Source: Hamiltosporidium tvaerminnensis FI-OER-3-3 (lineage: Eukaryota; Fungi; Microsporidia). Taken from it: 64,000 nt of DNA. Shown piece after piece: positions 50,162-62,346 of the stretch. Position numbers and translations under genes: made by a program. Location: NCBI GenBank assembly GCA_022605425.2, contig CM061248.1:1054001-1118000 (forward strand). The letters are read 5' to 3'. Below the pieces are notes generated by a model. It did no database searches. It had not been told where the DNA came from and saw only the letters and a list, made by a program, of their open reading frames with translations. Numbering within the stretch: the first letter of the stretch is position 1; every line of letters begins with the position of its first letter.

Positions 50162-52426
50162 GTTTATGTAAACAAAACAAAATTAAATAGAAATGATTAA
50201 ATCTTAGAATACAGAAAATCTATAAATTTCCTAAACAAAAATTTAAAACAAAAAGATATTTCTTAATTAATATTACCTTCACTACCTATAAATTCAATAA
50301 CTCAAATAAATATTTAATACATTTTATTGGTAAATAAAGTTTAAGTGTTTATGGTAAAACATAAATTACAATACAGAATATTCTATTATCAATTTGAAAT
50401 ATTTTTATTTTAACTTTAAAATGGATATTTTTTAATTCTTGTAAAAAATTAAAGATATCTTTTTATCTAATATATCTTATTAAACTTTATAAAAATTAAA
50501 TTGAATTAAAAGATCTATTATGTCTTTTTCTACTATAATATACATATTAAAATATAATGCATCTTTTTGGTCAATTTTATTTGCAAAGCGATCCAAATTG
50601 TGTTTAAATTTAATTGTATTTATAAAAACTTTAAATATATGCAAATATAATAAAATATAATTGTGCAGATGAACTTTTCAAAAAAAATATTGTATAGATC
50701 AATACTTTTATAAACTTAAGAACTAAATAATTATTTTGTTTAATGTATAAAAGGAACTGATAATTTTGTGAAACTCTTTACTAATGAATACAAAAGTTAT
50801 AGTTGGTTTTTAATAGGATAATTCATAAAAATTTAATTTCTAATTTTTAATTATATATTTTTAAGATATAATTACGCTTTTTTCTTTAAAATCTTAAATA
50901 TATTGATAATTTACCAAGAAAAATATCATCGATCTAAAAGGCCGTTTAATTGTTTAGAAATCTTTTTGTTTAATCTATAATTTGAAATTTTGAATTTATA
51001 TCTTTTTTATACAAAGTTTATAAAAGTTTTTGATTGAATAAGAGTAAAAACCATTCTATTAATTTATAATGCAAAAGATATAATAAAGTGTTACTATTTT
51101 ATTTATAGAACCATGTAGTATATTTTAAGATATTGAAAATAATCTTGTTCTAAATGTTTCTTTTAAGAAACAAATGAAAAACATTCATTTGTTCATTTTC
51201 GACACTGAGAGGTAAAAGAGGAACAGAATAGATAAGCAATTAAGTATGTTTCTTCTAAGATAGCAAAGAGACGCTTCACTCCGAGGAACGCAAGCAGAAT
51301 GTGGATAAAGACCAAAATTGATACCTTTTAAAGCAAAAATTCAAACTTCAAAATGTGTTTTCTGATGGTATAATTGTTTAAATGAGAAGACCAAAATTAA
51401 TTTAAAGTTATTTACTTAAATGAAAAGATCAAGATTTATAGAAAAGTTTTTCTTAAATGAAAAGATCAAATATCAATCAAAACTTTTCATTCAAAAGAGA
51501 AGAAAAAGCTTTTAAAAATTTTTACTACAAGAAAAATACAAAATATTTTCTCAAATTTTTTTTAGTTAAATCACCTAGTGTGTAATTATATACTTAACAC
51601 CCTAATAACATTATATTTTTACCCTAAAAAGTTTAATTAAGATATTGTGGAGTCAATAAATCCGAGCTTTCATAAAATGTCTAATTTTCTATATTTTTTT
51701 GAGTCAAAGAAGTTGAAAAATAATTTAAGCTTAAATAAACGTAGAAAGGTTATTCTTATTCGACTATCTTATGAAAGTAAAATGTTTCAAGACATAAAAA
51801 TGCTCTACAAGTAAATCGAAGAAAATCAAAACGTAGAATTATGTAACTAAAAGAAATATACTTCCTCAACACTAAAAGATATAAGAAGACCTGATAATTG
51901 AGTAAGAAAAATACGTATTTAATTATATAACAACCTAATAAATATCGGATACAGAATATAAAGACAAATCTCAAATTTAAGGAAAAAATTAAATATTAAA
52001 TATAAATAATTCGAACTCTATATAATTTCCTTGAATTGATTAATAAAATATAAAAAAAAAAAATAAACTATTAACCCTTAAAAATAAAAGTTTGATGAAT
52101 CAAAATTTCTTTCTTCTTTTTGCACAAACTGAAGCAAAATATTCGAAAGCAAATACCTTTTATTATTTCTCAATGAGGAAAGAAATGTTTTTACTTCTAT
52201 AGGCGTTATCTTATTCCATCTCTTATCTAAATATTTATATTGGGTCTATTTCAAACAATCTTGCGATCAGTTTAATATTTAAATGACTAAAGGCTAATAA
52301 AAGACCTTTTTTTTCTTAGTTATAAAACTTTATTCGTGCTATTACTTTAAATCAATTAAACATATTTCAAAAACTGTAAAATATTTTAAGTTTTTTTATA
52401 GAATTTAATTATTATTTAAATTCAAG

Positions 52427-53119
52427 TGAACAGAAGATAACCACATAAAAACTATCTGCTTAGAAATTAGTATGTAAAATTAGTGTTAAAATGATTGTTT
52501 GTATGTTTGGGGAGAATAAAAGCACACTAATCTTCGGTTATTCTGAGATTTGTATGAGGAGGTGAAAGAAATAGCGAAACTTTTTTTACAAATCTATTTT
52601 GTGGTTATGTACTAAATCAACGCAGCTGAATTTGTAGGTAATTTCCATGTAAAAGCATAAAAACCTAGCCTTGCGCACTTGAGTTAGAAGACTTAGCGCC
52701 TAAGAGATATAAAAAAAACCTCCTTGGATCCGGGGAAGTTAATTATCGAGTTATACATGTTTTTATGATATTGCACTTTCTAGGTGGACCCCATGTAAGT
52801 CGCCGAGATACGTAGTTGCAGAAGTTCATTGTTTAATGAAAGTGTAGAGTAAGTGGAAATTCTACATAGTCTCGGGAGATCTCGGTGTGGGTTCTAACTG
52901 GAATCACACACCATGCAACGGACATTAACGAACTACAGGCAACTTCCTGGGCTATTAAATAGGTTCTATATACCCTTTGGATGAAAGACTTTGGGATGTA
53001 GATATCTTAAGATGTACTAGTGGAGTTTTGGACGAAAAGTTATTTGTGCTAAACCTAAAACTGAGTTTATTTCCTGAAAAAAACTATAACCATTACCATT
53101 GTTTTAAAAAGATGTGATA
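52427..53119 (+). repeat. Dispersed ~710-nt structured non-coding element, copy C (opposite orientation, more diverged)
   Basis: Colinear with the reverse complement of copy A from GATAACCACATAAAAAC to AAAAAGATGTGATA. Confidence 0.9.
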
Positions 53120-53582
53120 TTTTTTAAATAAATATTAAATGAATATAAGGGTTTAAGACAATTTATAATATAATCATTTTAAAAAGGTTCAGGATAATGT
53201 GTAATAAGATGATTATAATTTTATTACTGCCCACACTCTTGAAATAAAATTTTATTTATCTCTATTACTTATTTCCTTAACTCATTTTTTTCAAGGAAAA
53301 CAAATTATTAAAGGAAGAATGTAAAATTTAGTCGTTTTTTCGATTATTATACCAAATTTCGAAAATATTTTATTAAAAAGTATTTTGTATTCGATAGCTT
53401 GAAATTTCAATATAAATAATAAATCTGTAAGTTTAATTTATCTAAAAGTACATGCTATTCATTGAAGTATGGATATTTTATATTTTTATGAAATATTAAA
53501 TAAATGAGATAGAATAAAATAGAGTCTTTAAAAGCAATTTTTTGCTTTACTTCCAAATGAAATATTTGGAAGCAGAAATAAA

Positions 53583-53730
53583 ATTGATTTAATAAAACTC
53601 TTTATTTAATTTGTATATTAACTGTCCAATAAAATATTCGGAAGAAAAAATTTACTTGATTTAATAAAAGTCTCTTATAGAAATAAATTATAGATTAACT
53701 GTCCAATAAAATTTCGGAAAAAGAAAAACA
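53583..53730. repeat. Imperfect ~70-bp direct duplication upstream of TAD3
   Basis: TTGATTTAATAAAA...ATTAACTGTCCAATAAAAT..TCGGAA occurs twice. Confidence 0.8.
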
Positions 53731-53938
53731 ATTTATTCAATAAACCACTGTTATCGAATTTAATTTATACATATAATCCCCAATTAAATACAGAAAACAC
53801 ACCATTTTAACTGGCATAAAATCTTTGGAAACAAATTTAATTTTTCATTTACTTCATATAAAAACCCAAAGAAATAGATTTTCTTCTAAATTCGTAAAAA
53901 ATTAAAATTTATTTTTAATCTCCTTTCTTAATTGTAAA

Positions 53939-54838
53939 ATGTCTGTAGTAAAACGATTAGTTACAGTTGAAGAAGAAAAACAAATAGAAACAATCAAAGC
54001 AATAGCATGTGAAGTAAACAAAGAAGAATTAAGCACATTTTTACAAAAAATATCTACAACCTACAAAATACCAAAATATCTGAAGAGAGTAAAAAACAAC
54101 ATTGTATTGGTATCATTAGAAACCACTTTAAATATATCCTTCTTACCAAATACCCTCGTTGTTGATGTACCGTCCACACAACCAATTACAAGAGAGCAAT
54201 ACGATCAATGTAAGAAAATATGGCCATGCAATTTTTATCCAAAAAAAATTGAAAAACTTGAACTTCCAAATACTTTAATTTTAAGTGTTTTCCAAAATAT
54301 TTATGAGATAAATAATTCCAAAGGAATAAACGAAATTAATTATTCTAAAGATTTAAATAATATATTAGATCTAACCGATTATAAAAATATTTCATTTATA
54401 AAAAATAACCTTCAAATAGACAATAATATTTCTGAAAAACAATTTTTTTACCAATTTTTTACAAATGTAAATAAAAAAAAAGAAAATATTTTATTTTGTT
54501 GTGGTACTGCATGTATAATCGATACTTCAAATAAAAAAGTTATAGAGATATCCAAAGACACAAGTCATATATTAGAACATGCAATATTTAAATGTATTGA
54601 AAAAGTAAGTAAGAATAAAGAAACGTATCTTTGTACAGGATATGATGCATTTTGTGTTTTTGAACCGTGTATATCCTGTGGTATGGCACTTGTTCATGCT
54701 CGTATCCAACGGTTATTTTCTATTTTTCCAAATAAACACTCAGGTATATTTTCTGTACATCGATTAAACCAAAATCCTAATATCAACCATAGATTTGAAG
54801 TATATTTTCTTAAAGAAAAATATAAAAAAAATATTTGA
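53939..54838 (+). CDS. TAD3: tRNA adenosine-34 deaminase non-catalytic subunit Tad3/ADAT3
   Basis: YLKRVK, VPSTQP.TREQY...WP, EHAI (no catalytic Glu), YLCTGYD, EPCISCGMALVHARI, INHRFEVY. Confidence 0.93.
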   Translation: MSVVKRLVTVEEEKQIETIKAIACEVNKEELSTFLQKISTTYKIPKYLKRVKNNIVLVSLETTLNISFLPNTLVVDVPSTQPITREQYDQCKKIWPCNFYPKKIEKLELPNTLILSVFQNIYEINNSKGINEINYSKDLNNILDLTDYKNISFIKNNLQIDNNISEKQFFYQFFTNVNKKKENILFCCGTACIIDTSNKKVIEISKDTSHILEHAIFKCIEKVSKNKETYLCTGYDAFCVFEPCISCGMALVHARIQRLFSIFPNKHSGIFSVHRLNQNPNINHRFEVYFLKEKYKKNI

Positions 54839-54884
54839 ATTTATAAATTTATTTTTTAATTTGCTATGTTCTTCAGCTTTGATT

Positions 54885-55085
54885 CAAAAGCTTTTTATAT
54901 TTCTTCTATATTCCTTTTATATTCCCTCTATATTCCTTTTATTTTTCTTTTATATTTTCCCTCTATTTTTCTTTTATATTCCTTTTATATTTCTTCTATA
55001 TTCCCTCCATTTTTCTTTTTTATTTTCCTTTTATATTCCTTTTATATTTCCAATACTCATTCGCTTTATATTTATATTAAATTTT
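54885..55085. repeat. Pyrimidine-rich low-complexity repeat (TTTTATATTCCT-like) between convergent TAD3 and 14-3-3
   Basis: Directly visible; explains the spurious F/Y/I-rich ORFs. Confidence 0.8.
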
Positions 55086-55250
55086 TTTTCTTAAAATAGA
55101 AATAATTCTTTTTTATTTACAATATAAAAGAACCTCAAAAAAAACGATTTAAAATTATTTTAAATATTCTCCTTAAAAAAAATATTCTTTATAAAATAAA
55201 AAAGTTTTTCATATAAAAAAATTTAAAAACCAGCATTTTATTTAAAAAAC

Positions 55251-56054
55251 TTAATAAGGCGTCGCCTCATTTTCTTCTTCCTTTTCAAATCCTTCTTGTT
55301 CAGCCTGTTCGTCCATCTGAGTATTATCATCTTGATTGGTCCATAAAGTAAGATTATCTCGTAAAAGCTGCATAATCAGTGTAGAATCTTTATAATGATC
55401 TTCAGAAAGTTGATCAAGTTCAGCGATTGCATCATCAAATGCTTGTTTGGCCAATGCACATGCTTTCTCATGTTCCTTATGAATTTCATAATAAAAAACT
55501 GAAAAGTTTAAAGCAAGTCCTAATCTGACAGGATGGGTAGGAGGCAGAACACTGGCTTCTTTAGTAGCACTATCATAAGCATGGAAAGACTCATCGGTAC
55601 ATTTCCTAAGAACATCTCCTTCACTTACTTCAGCCTTATATCTGTAATAATCTGCTTTCATTTTTAAAAAGAAAACTTTGGATTCCACATTTGTGTTGAG
55701 ACTTTCAGGATACAAAATTGAAGAATCAATTACGTTCAAAACATCGTCACATATCTCGTGTAACTCCTTTTCTACCTGCACCACGTATTTCTCTGCTATT
55801 TCGTGTTGCACAGGATCTTTACATTCAAGTTTTTGTCTTTCAGAACTTAAAATGCGCCAACTGGCTCGTCGCGCGCCAGCAAGATTTTTATATGCAACTG
55901 AAAATAAGTTACGTGCTTTTACATCCAATTCTACTTTGTCTTCAAAAGCTATCTTAATAGCTTGTTTCATATCACTTACCATGTCTTCGTAACGCTCTGC
56001 TCGTTCACTTAGAGATGCTCTTGAGATTAATCGATCAAAATCTATATTTTTCAT
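55251..56054 (-). CDS. 14-3-3 protein
   Basis: [68 protein letters not shown]; CCCC motif upstream of the ATG. Confidence 0.98.
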   Translation of the reverse strand: MKNIDFDRLISRASLSERAERYEDMVSDMKQAIKIAFEDKVELDVKARNLFSVAYKNLAGARRASWRILSSERQKLECKDPVQHEIAEKYVVQVEKELHEICDDVLNVIDSSILYPESLNTNVESKVFFLKMKADYYRYKAEVSEGDVLRKCTDESFHAYDSATKEASVLPPTHPVRLGLALNFSVFYYEIHKEHEKACALAKQAFDDAIAELDQLSEDHYKDSTLIMQLLRDNLTLWTNQDDNTQMDEQAEQEGFEKEEENEATPY

Positions 56055-56739
56055 TTCTTTATGTTGGGGATGAATTTTATTTTTTTTTATTTCTTTATTT
56101 TTTTCATAAAAAAGGAGTAAAGGAGAAAAAAAGGAATTTTTTTTTTCTGATTCACAAATAATAAAATCTTACTTTTTTTTAACTGCAAAAATATCAAATA
56201 ATTAAAATTTAAAATATTATTTTGAGGTTTCTGTTTGTAAATTTGCCCTTCTTTAATTTTCTATAAATAGCTATTTAGAATATTAAATTGTAAATTCTCA
56301 TAATTTTCTTAAAAATTTTTAAATTTCGGTGTAATTAAGTTAATAACAATTCTATCAAAATATTTTTAAAAATATTTAAATCACAGAGCAGTTATGTAAG
56401 TTTTAATAAAAATCATTTGGTTTTCTTATAGACAAATCATAATCTCACATAACGAAATGTAAAATAAAGTTTATTTTATAATGGTTATTTCTCTTTTTCT
56501 TTAAATTTACTTTCTTACCTCTATTTCGTTTCATTCTTAGGGCTATTTCTCATTTTTTTGCCTTTGCTTTGATTCCAGTTATTGTATCTACACTGTGAAT
56601 TCATTTATTTTTGGTTTGTTACATTAATATCGCCTTCTCGCTTTCTGTATATGTATAAAGAATGTATCTGTTGTTGAGATGTTTCTCTATCACGTAGTAT
56701 ATCTATGAATAAGTCTTTTCTAGCTTCATAGGAATATGA

Positions 56740-58560
56740 TTATTGCCTCTCATTCATCTCATAGATCAACAAAATTAAATCGACTGTTCTTTTATGTACT
56801 GAATACCTTATCCAGACATCTACATAATTATTATCCGGAGATGCTCAATAAAGCTTATATAATATTTAAGTATAGTACCATCCTGGCTATCATACATGCG
56901 ATCAACACTAAACTTATAAATACGACCGAATTTATTCGCCAAAATTTCTTACTTTTAGTTTTTCTGTTTTCACAATTTTAAATTAAACTTACTATTCAAT
57001 TCTACCTTTATTGGTGTAATCTTGTTTGTTTTTTATATAAACGAACATGGATGTCTAAAATTATAGATTTTTGCAGCTATTTTTGTTCTATGTAACTCCT
57101 AATTAAAACATACTTAATTTAAATAATTTCTTGAAGTGTATGAATCTTAATTTATTTTGAAGACTTGATCTTAAATCTATTTATGAAGTTCATACTGACA
57201 CCAAATACATAACTAAAGTGTCAAGAATAACCATGCCAGGGACTTCTTTCACATTTGACGGAGAATCGCTTGAGCCCCCTTCCAAATATACAAGAATATT
57301 GATACTTTCATTATTTACTCAGATATATTTATAGATTGAATTTAACAGAAGAAAATTACTTGTCAAGAGGCTTGATTTCCATTTTCTAGTTATTTAGACA
57401 TATAACACCTACCTTATCGACCTATTATTTGTTGCAATGTAAACTATAAATTCTACTTTGCATTTTATTTTTTGTTGACCTACTTTTAAAGTCCGTGTTC
57501 TTCCTTAAATTTTTCTTGTATCTTCTCCTTCTAATCTGTATTTTTTTATATCATAACTTGTTAGAGTCAAAGGTTATTTTATGATCTTTTTCCTCTTTTA
57601 AGCATGGCTGCTTACCAATAGATAATTCTTTATTTTATTCCGGACAATTTAAAGAATCCAGAATTCCTTACGGTTCTAGCTCGACAAATAGACAGTTTTT
57701 AAGCTTAAATCTAGTTAGTACCGAAATAAATTACATCCTTGTCCATGATTCGCCATTTCATTCACTTAAGATGCAAACAAGGAACTAAAAAACCTACATA
57801 TTTCATTATTTTAAATGCAAACGCTCTTACTGTTATTTTATCCGAGATATTTCGCGTTGATGAATTACCTTAAAAAATCTTTCATTTGGTCTGATGAGAG
57901 AATCTTTTTGAAAACCTACTAAGAGATTCTTCTTACTTTCTTAAATAAATCAAATATTGAAATCAATTGCTTATTTATATTATTTAAATATTGATAGACA
58001 CAATAAATTTTTGGAAGAGTAGCAGTATCTTCACAAAATGTATATTTTGTGGTTAAATCTCATTGTCTATATCTACTAAAATTTATTTTTGAATGAACTA
58101 CTTCGTTTCATTTCCATTAAACCTATTTTTCTTCTTTTATCAAAATACTTAATATCATTTATGAATACGTAAGGATTTATAGTGTGAAAACATGTATTGT
58201 ATTGGAATGTATATTATTACTTTTATAACTTTCTAACTAAGATCTTGGTTTAAATAATCTCGTTATAACAGTGATAATAAAGAAGATAAACTATATTCGA
58301 GCAGAATTTTCTTGTTCTTCTGCCTTCCTACTTTTTAAGGTTCTACCAAATATTAATATTTCATTCTAATCTAAGTATAAATGGAACTTAATATCTTTAG
58401 GAGTTATTTTTAACTGCATTTCATCAAATAAAGACGATATATTAAACATAGACTTTTAACATCCTGCCATGTATTCCAACATTGTTTCTATAATGTTCAT
58501 CAAGGACAAATCAAAAAAATGCCCCTAGTTCCATGTACACCTCTTACTTCTATTAACGAA
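56740..58560 (-). mobile_element. Old, heavily decayed R4/Dong-like non-LTR retrotransposon
   Basis: Ordered remnants VRGV.G (~58535), TW.DVK (~58465), F.NDIK (~58160), DG.I.KY (~56875), KRTV (~56785). Confidence 0.6.
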
Positions 58561-59968
58561 TAAAGTAAAAATACCTTAGATCTTTCTATGTAAATGAAGA
58601 AGGTTTTTTTTCACATTTAAATAAATTTCTTAGATGATACACATCAAATTGCTTTTTAGTTAAATCACTTTAATCTGCGTTTTGTTATTAAATTTTAGAC
58701 AGAGGCTGTACAAAAAAAACTAAAAATATAGTTTGCATCGAAAATAATAAAATATATGTTTCTTCAATATAAATATACAATATTAAAAATATTTATAGTT
58801 TAAATTTCTTTACTATATCAGAGCTTATAAAAAAAATTGGTACACATTTTATATTTATCTGTATCTACTTTTATTAAAGAAGCTTAAAATACATGTAAGA
58901 AGATTGGGCTTTTAGCTTTGAATAATACAAAGAATGATTATTTAATGCGATAAATAAATTTCAAACTATAGTTATATAGAACTTGACATGATTTTAAGAT
59001 TTAAAGTGTATTTATATTACATTTAATCTTTTGTTTATATATTTTATAGGCTTTATATACATTTACAATAAATTGTCAAAGATTTTAAAGTTTTCGCAAA
59101 AAATATTTCATTTTTTATTTGTTCAAATGAGATATTTACTTTGTATCTATAAAGTAAAATATCATCAATAAATATTACATAATTTAAAAAAGTTGATTTA
59201 AATACTTTACTGTTCAGGAAATCAGAATTTTACCATGTTTAACTTCGGAACTGGCTCCCCTACAAAAAAAATACATCTACATCCTATAAGATATCTACAT
59301 ACCAAAGTTTTTTATACAAAGATGTATATATTCTTTAATAAACGAGGGAGAGTATCTGTATCTCTTGATGCCCATTGTCTTGAATGTGTTGTAAAAACAA
59401 CCCAACTTAGGCTCCCTCACTACCAACAGCACCATTGCGTACTATACACAATTAGAGCCAAATTAAGTTCTATATACAATAAATTTCCGTGATTGACATC
59501 GAATCCATCCGTTATTTGCGGATCATGCAAATCTTTACAACCTGCTCTCTGGGTTTCAAAGATATATTTTTGTATCTCATGTATCAAATCTTCCTTCGCG
59601 ATTAAAAAAAGCTATATTTTCATCCTTCGGCAATGTAAACACTTAAAATTCGCTTCTATTCTACAATCTAACTATATAAAAAATCAAAAGCTACGTTAAA
59701 CGAAATATTTTAAACTTTTGCGTCACTTTCTACTTTTTATACTAATTCTTACCGAAGGAAGAAAAATTGATTATAAATTTCATACCAAAAAAAATTATAA
59801 AAGTTTTTACATTAAACTACTCGATCATAGCAAAAAATAAATTTTATTGTAGGGTGCTTCCTGTCTAATATTTCTTATCAAATATAAATTTTCCAAAAAA
59901 ATATATTATTTATAAATTAATTTATTAAAAAAACAATTTGTTTATAACAATTAAAACATATAACACCC

Positions 59969-60654
59969 ATGATAGATTTTATTGTAAGAATATTCGGTTT
60001 ATTTCTTTGTTTTTACGGCGTGAGTGAGAGAACAATGCCATTGGAAATGGCAAGTGCATTACGGATGTCATTTGGTGGAAGACAACAAGTAAGTGAAATT
60101 TCTAATTTAAGTTCTTAACAATTATAGGATTGAATGCTACCATACTTACATTAATATTTGGGTTGGTTATTAGATATGCTAGATTAGATAAGAACGGTAA
60201 CATATTTAAATATGTCTCTAGTTTCCATACATTTCTTTTATCTTTAATTATACCAGTTGAAATGACAATTACCATTTTATTCTGGGTTTTATATTTGAAA
60301 GATCCTACTCTATTGATAAGTAAAGAATTTTATGAAAGAAACATCAAAATACGTTTATTTAGTAATCTTTGTATGCATCTTTTTCCATTTATACTTTTGA
60401 TAATTGAGATAATTGATACAAATATTAAAAGAAGTAATATACATTTAATTGCCATAATTATATTTTCGATTACTTACTATTTCTGGGTAAGTTTTATTGC
60501 GAGTATGAATAAAAGATGGCCATATCCTTTGTTAGATGGTTTGAATGGCATTGGAAGACTATTGATTTTTACAGCGGTTACACTTTTAACGGTTTCTTTT
60601 TACGAAACAATTATGTATTTGGCAGGTAAAACAAAGAAATTAAAAAGAGAATAA
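59969..60654 (+). CDS. FAR-17a/AIG1-like membrane protein; 2 exons (59969-60088, 60112-60654), ~220 aa
   Basis: CCC directly before the ATG; splicing restores FGGRQQ|FLTIIG; downstream ITILFW.LY..DP.L, NLCMH.FP, WPYPLLD are family hallmarks. Confidence 0.9.
60089..60111 (+). other. 23-nt spliceosomal intron
   Basis: GTAAGT-GAAATTT-CTAAT-TTAAG: canonical 5' site, branch-like CTAAT and AG; removal restores the frame. Confidence 0.9.
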
Positions 60655-60879
60655 ATACTAACTAGTTTAAGTTATAATTTAAAATTTGCTTTTTAAATTT
60701 TATTGACTTTATTAGGGCATTAAAGTTAAATATTAAATATTTTTTTATATCATTCTTTAAATCATTTTTATTCCCAAATTTTTGAGCAAAACATACATAT
60801 TAGTTGTTCTTTATAAATTTTTTAAAAATATCATTGAACCAAAGTGTTCTATTTCTAAGCTTGCAGCTCAATTTATCTT

Positions 60880-62346
60880 TCTTAACACATTTGTTTTTAC
60901 TAAAATATGGAATAATAATTTATTTAATAAAATTCTGGGTTAAAATATTTTTACCATTTTTATATGTTTTCTTCTACCTCTTTAACCACTATTGTCTCTT
61001 CTTCCAAATCCGACTCTTCATTTATGTTATTGGTCGGTTCCTCTAAAGTGGTTCCTCCTTGTGAAATAAGGGGTGTATTATTTTTTTGTTTTAAAATTTT
61101 AACACCATCTTCCTCTCTTTTCGCTTCTTTTAAAGGGGGTATTGGTTCCTCATGCATCTCTGATCTCATAATAACACCCATTGACGCTCTCTCCCAGCTC
61201 TCTTCAGCATTGAGTCCTGACTCAAGTCCTCTTCGTCGATCAAAAGAAATTGTTTCGACTGTCTTCTTAAGTACTATAGACTGAATGTATGCTTCTACAT
61301 TCATGGGTATTTCTAGTCTTTTAAGATGAGATTTATGGTATTTTGTCACAATACCGTCCCAGGTCATCACATAAGGGATTATCTCAACACTACACTTATA
61401 AATAAGACCCAACTCATTGGCTAGCAGGTCATACTTCCTAAGTTTTTCAGTTTCAACTATTTGAAGTGAATCTTGGGAAGTGATTCCTACTTCAATGAGT
61501 GTTATCTTATTCTTCTTCTTATCTAAAATAAATATGTCCGGTCTGTTATTCCGAATTTTAACATCAGTTTTAATTCTGGTGTCCACTCTTATCTCTGCAT
61601 ACTCATTATCAAGAATTTCTTGAACTGAGTGACTCCTAATTCGTTTTGAGGACTTAAACTTATATCTATTTAGAAGAAGTAGGTGTAGGCATCTAACCAC
61701 TTCATTATGCCGTCTGGTGTAATCATGGCCTAGCATTTTTTCACATCTAGTTGCCAGATGATCTACAGTCTTACCAGACTTCCCGCAATGTTGACACACA
61801 CCATCTGCTCCCCAGAATACATTTCTATCCTGGATATAGCAGAACACAGCTTCATTTCGTGGCCTTATATTTCCTCTCTTTAACCATCTTGAAGAGTCAC
61901 TAACACTCACAAGCTCATTTTTTCTTGCATTATATAACTTTGAATGGAGTTTTCGTTTTTCTATTTCATTATATAGTTTTGCAAGTTGAGCTTCTTCTAA
62001 ACTTTTCTTAGTGACTTCTTCTACCAACCTGTACTTTACTTTTAAGAATCCTTTTATTAGTGCAAGATGGGTTTTATTATTATTCTCCACCTTGAGGATT
62101 GCTGCTCGTCTAGTTGATATTTCTTTACTTTTTTCCAGACAATCCAAGAGTTGCAGAAGCATATGTTCGCTTCGCAACTCAACACTATGTAGGTCTCTTC
62201 CAAGTTCTGTTCTAGGAAGGTATAAACGCTCTTTACATCCTGGGCGGAGATGTATCTTATTCTTCACCAACACCGCACGCACTGCATCATCTAACTTAGA
62301 GAAGTCAGCCGGTTCAAGTCGAAGTACTCCTATGTGGTAGTTGATT
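60880..62346 (-). mobile_element. Young 5'-truncated R4/Dong-like non-LTR retrotransposon with open 3' ORF (thumb, CCHC knuckle, PD-(D/E)xK endonuclease)
   Basis: ORF 60960-62282: RLYLPR..LGR.L, CQHC..TVDHLATRC, RRHNEVV, RPDIFI, LIEVG, K..KY. Similarity stops abruptly at ~62346; RT core absent. Confidence 0.93.

Noticed and set aside
54795-55099. Short F/I/Y-rich ORFs here and most other <115-aa ORFs in the track
   Set aside because: Products of low-complexity DNA, antisense shadows of real genes, or TE fragments.
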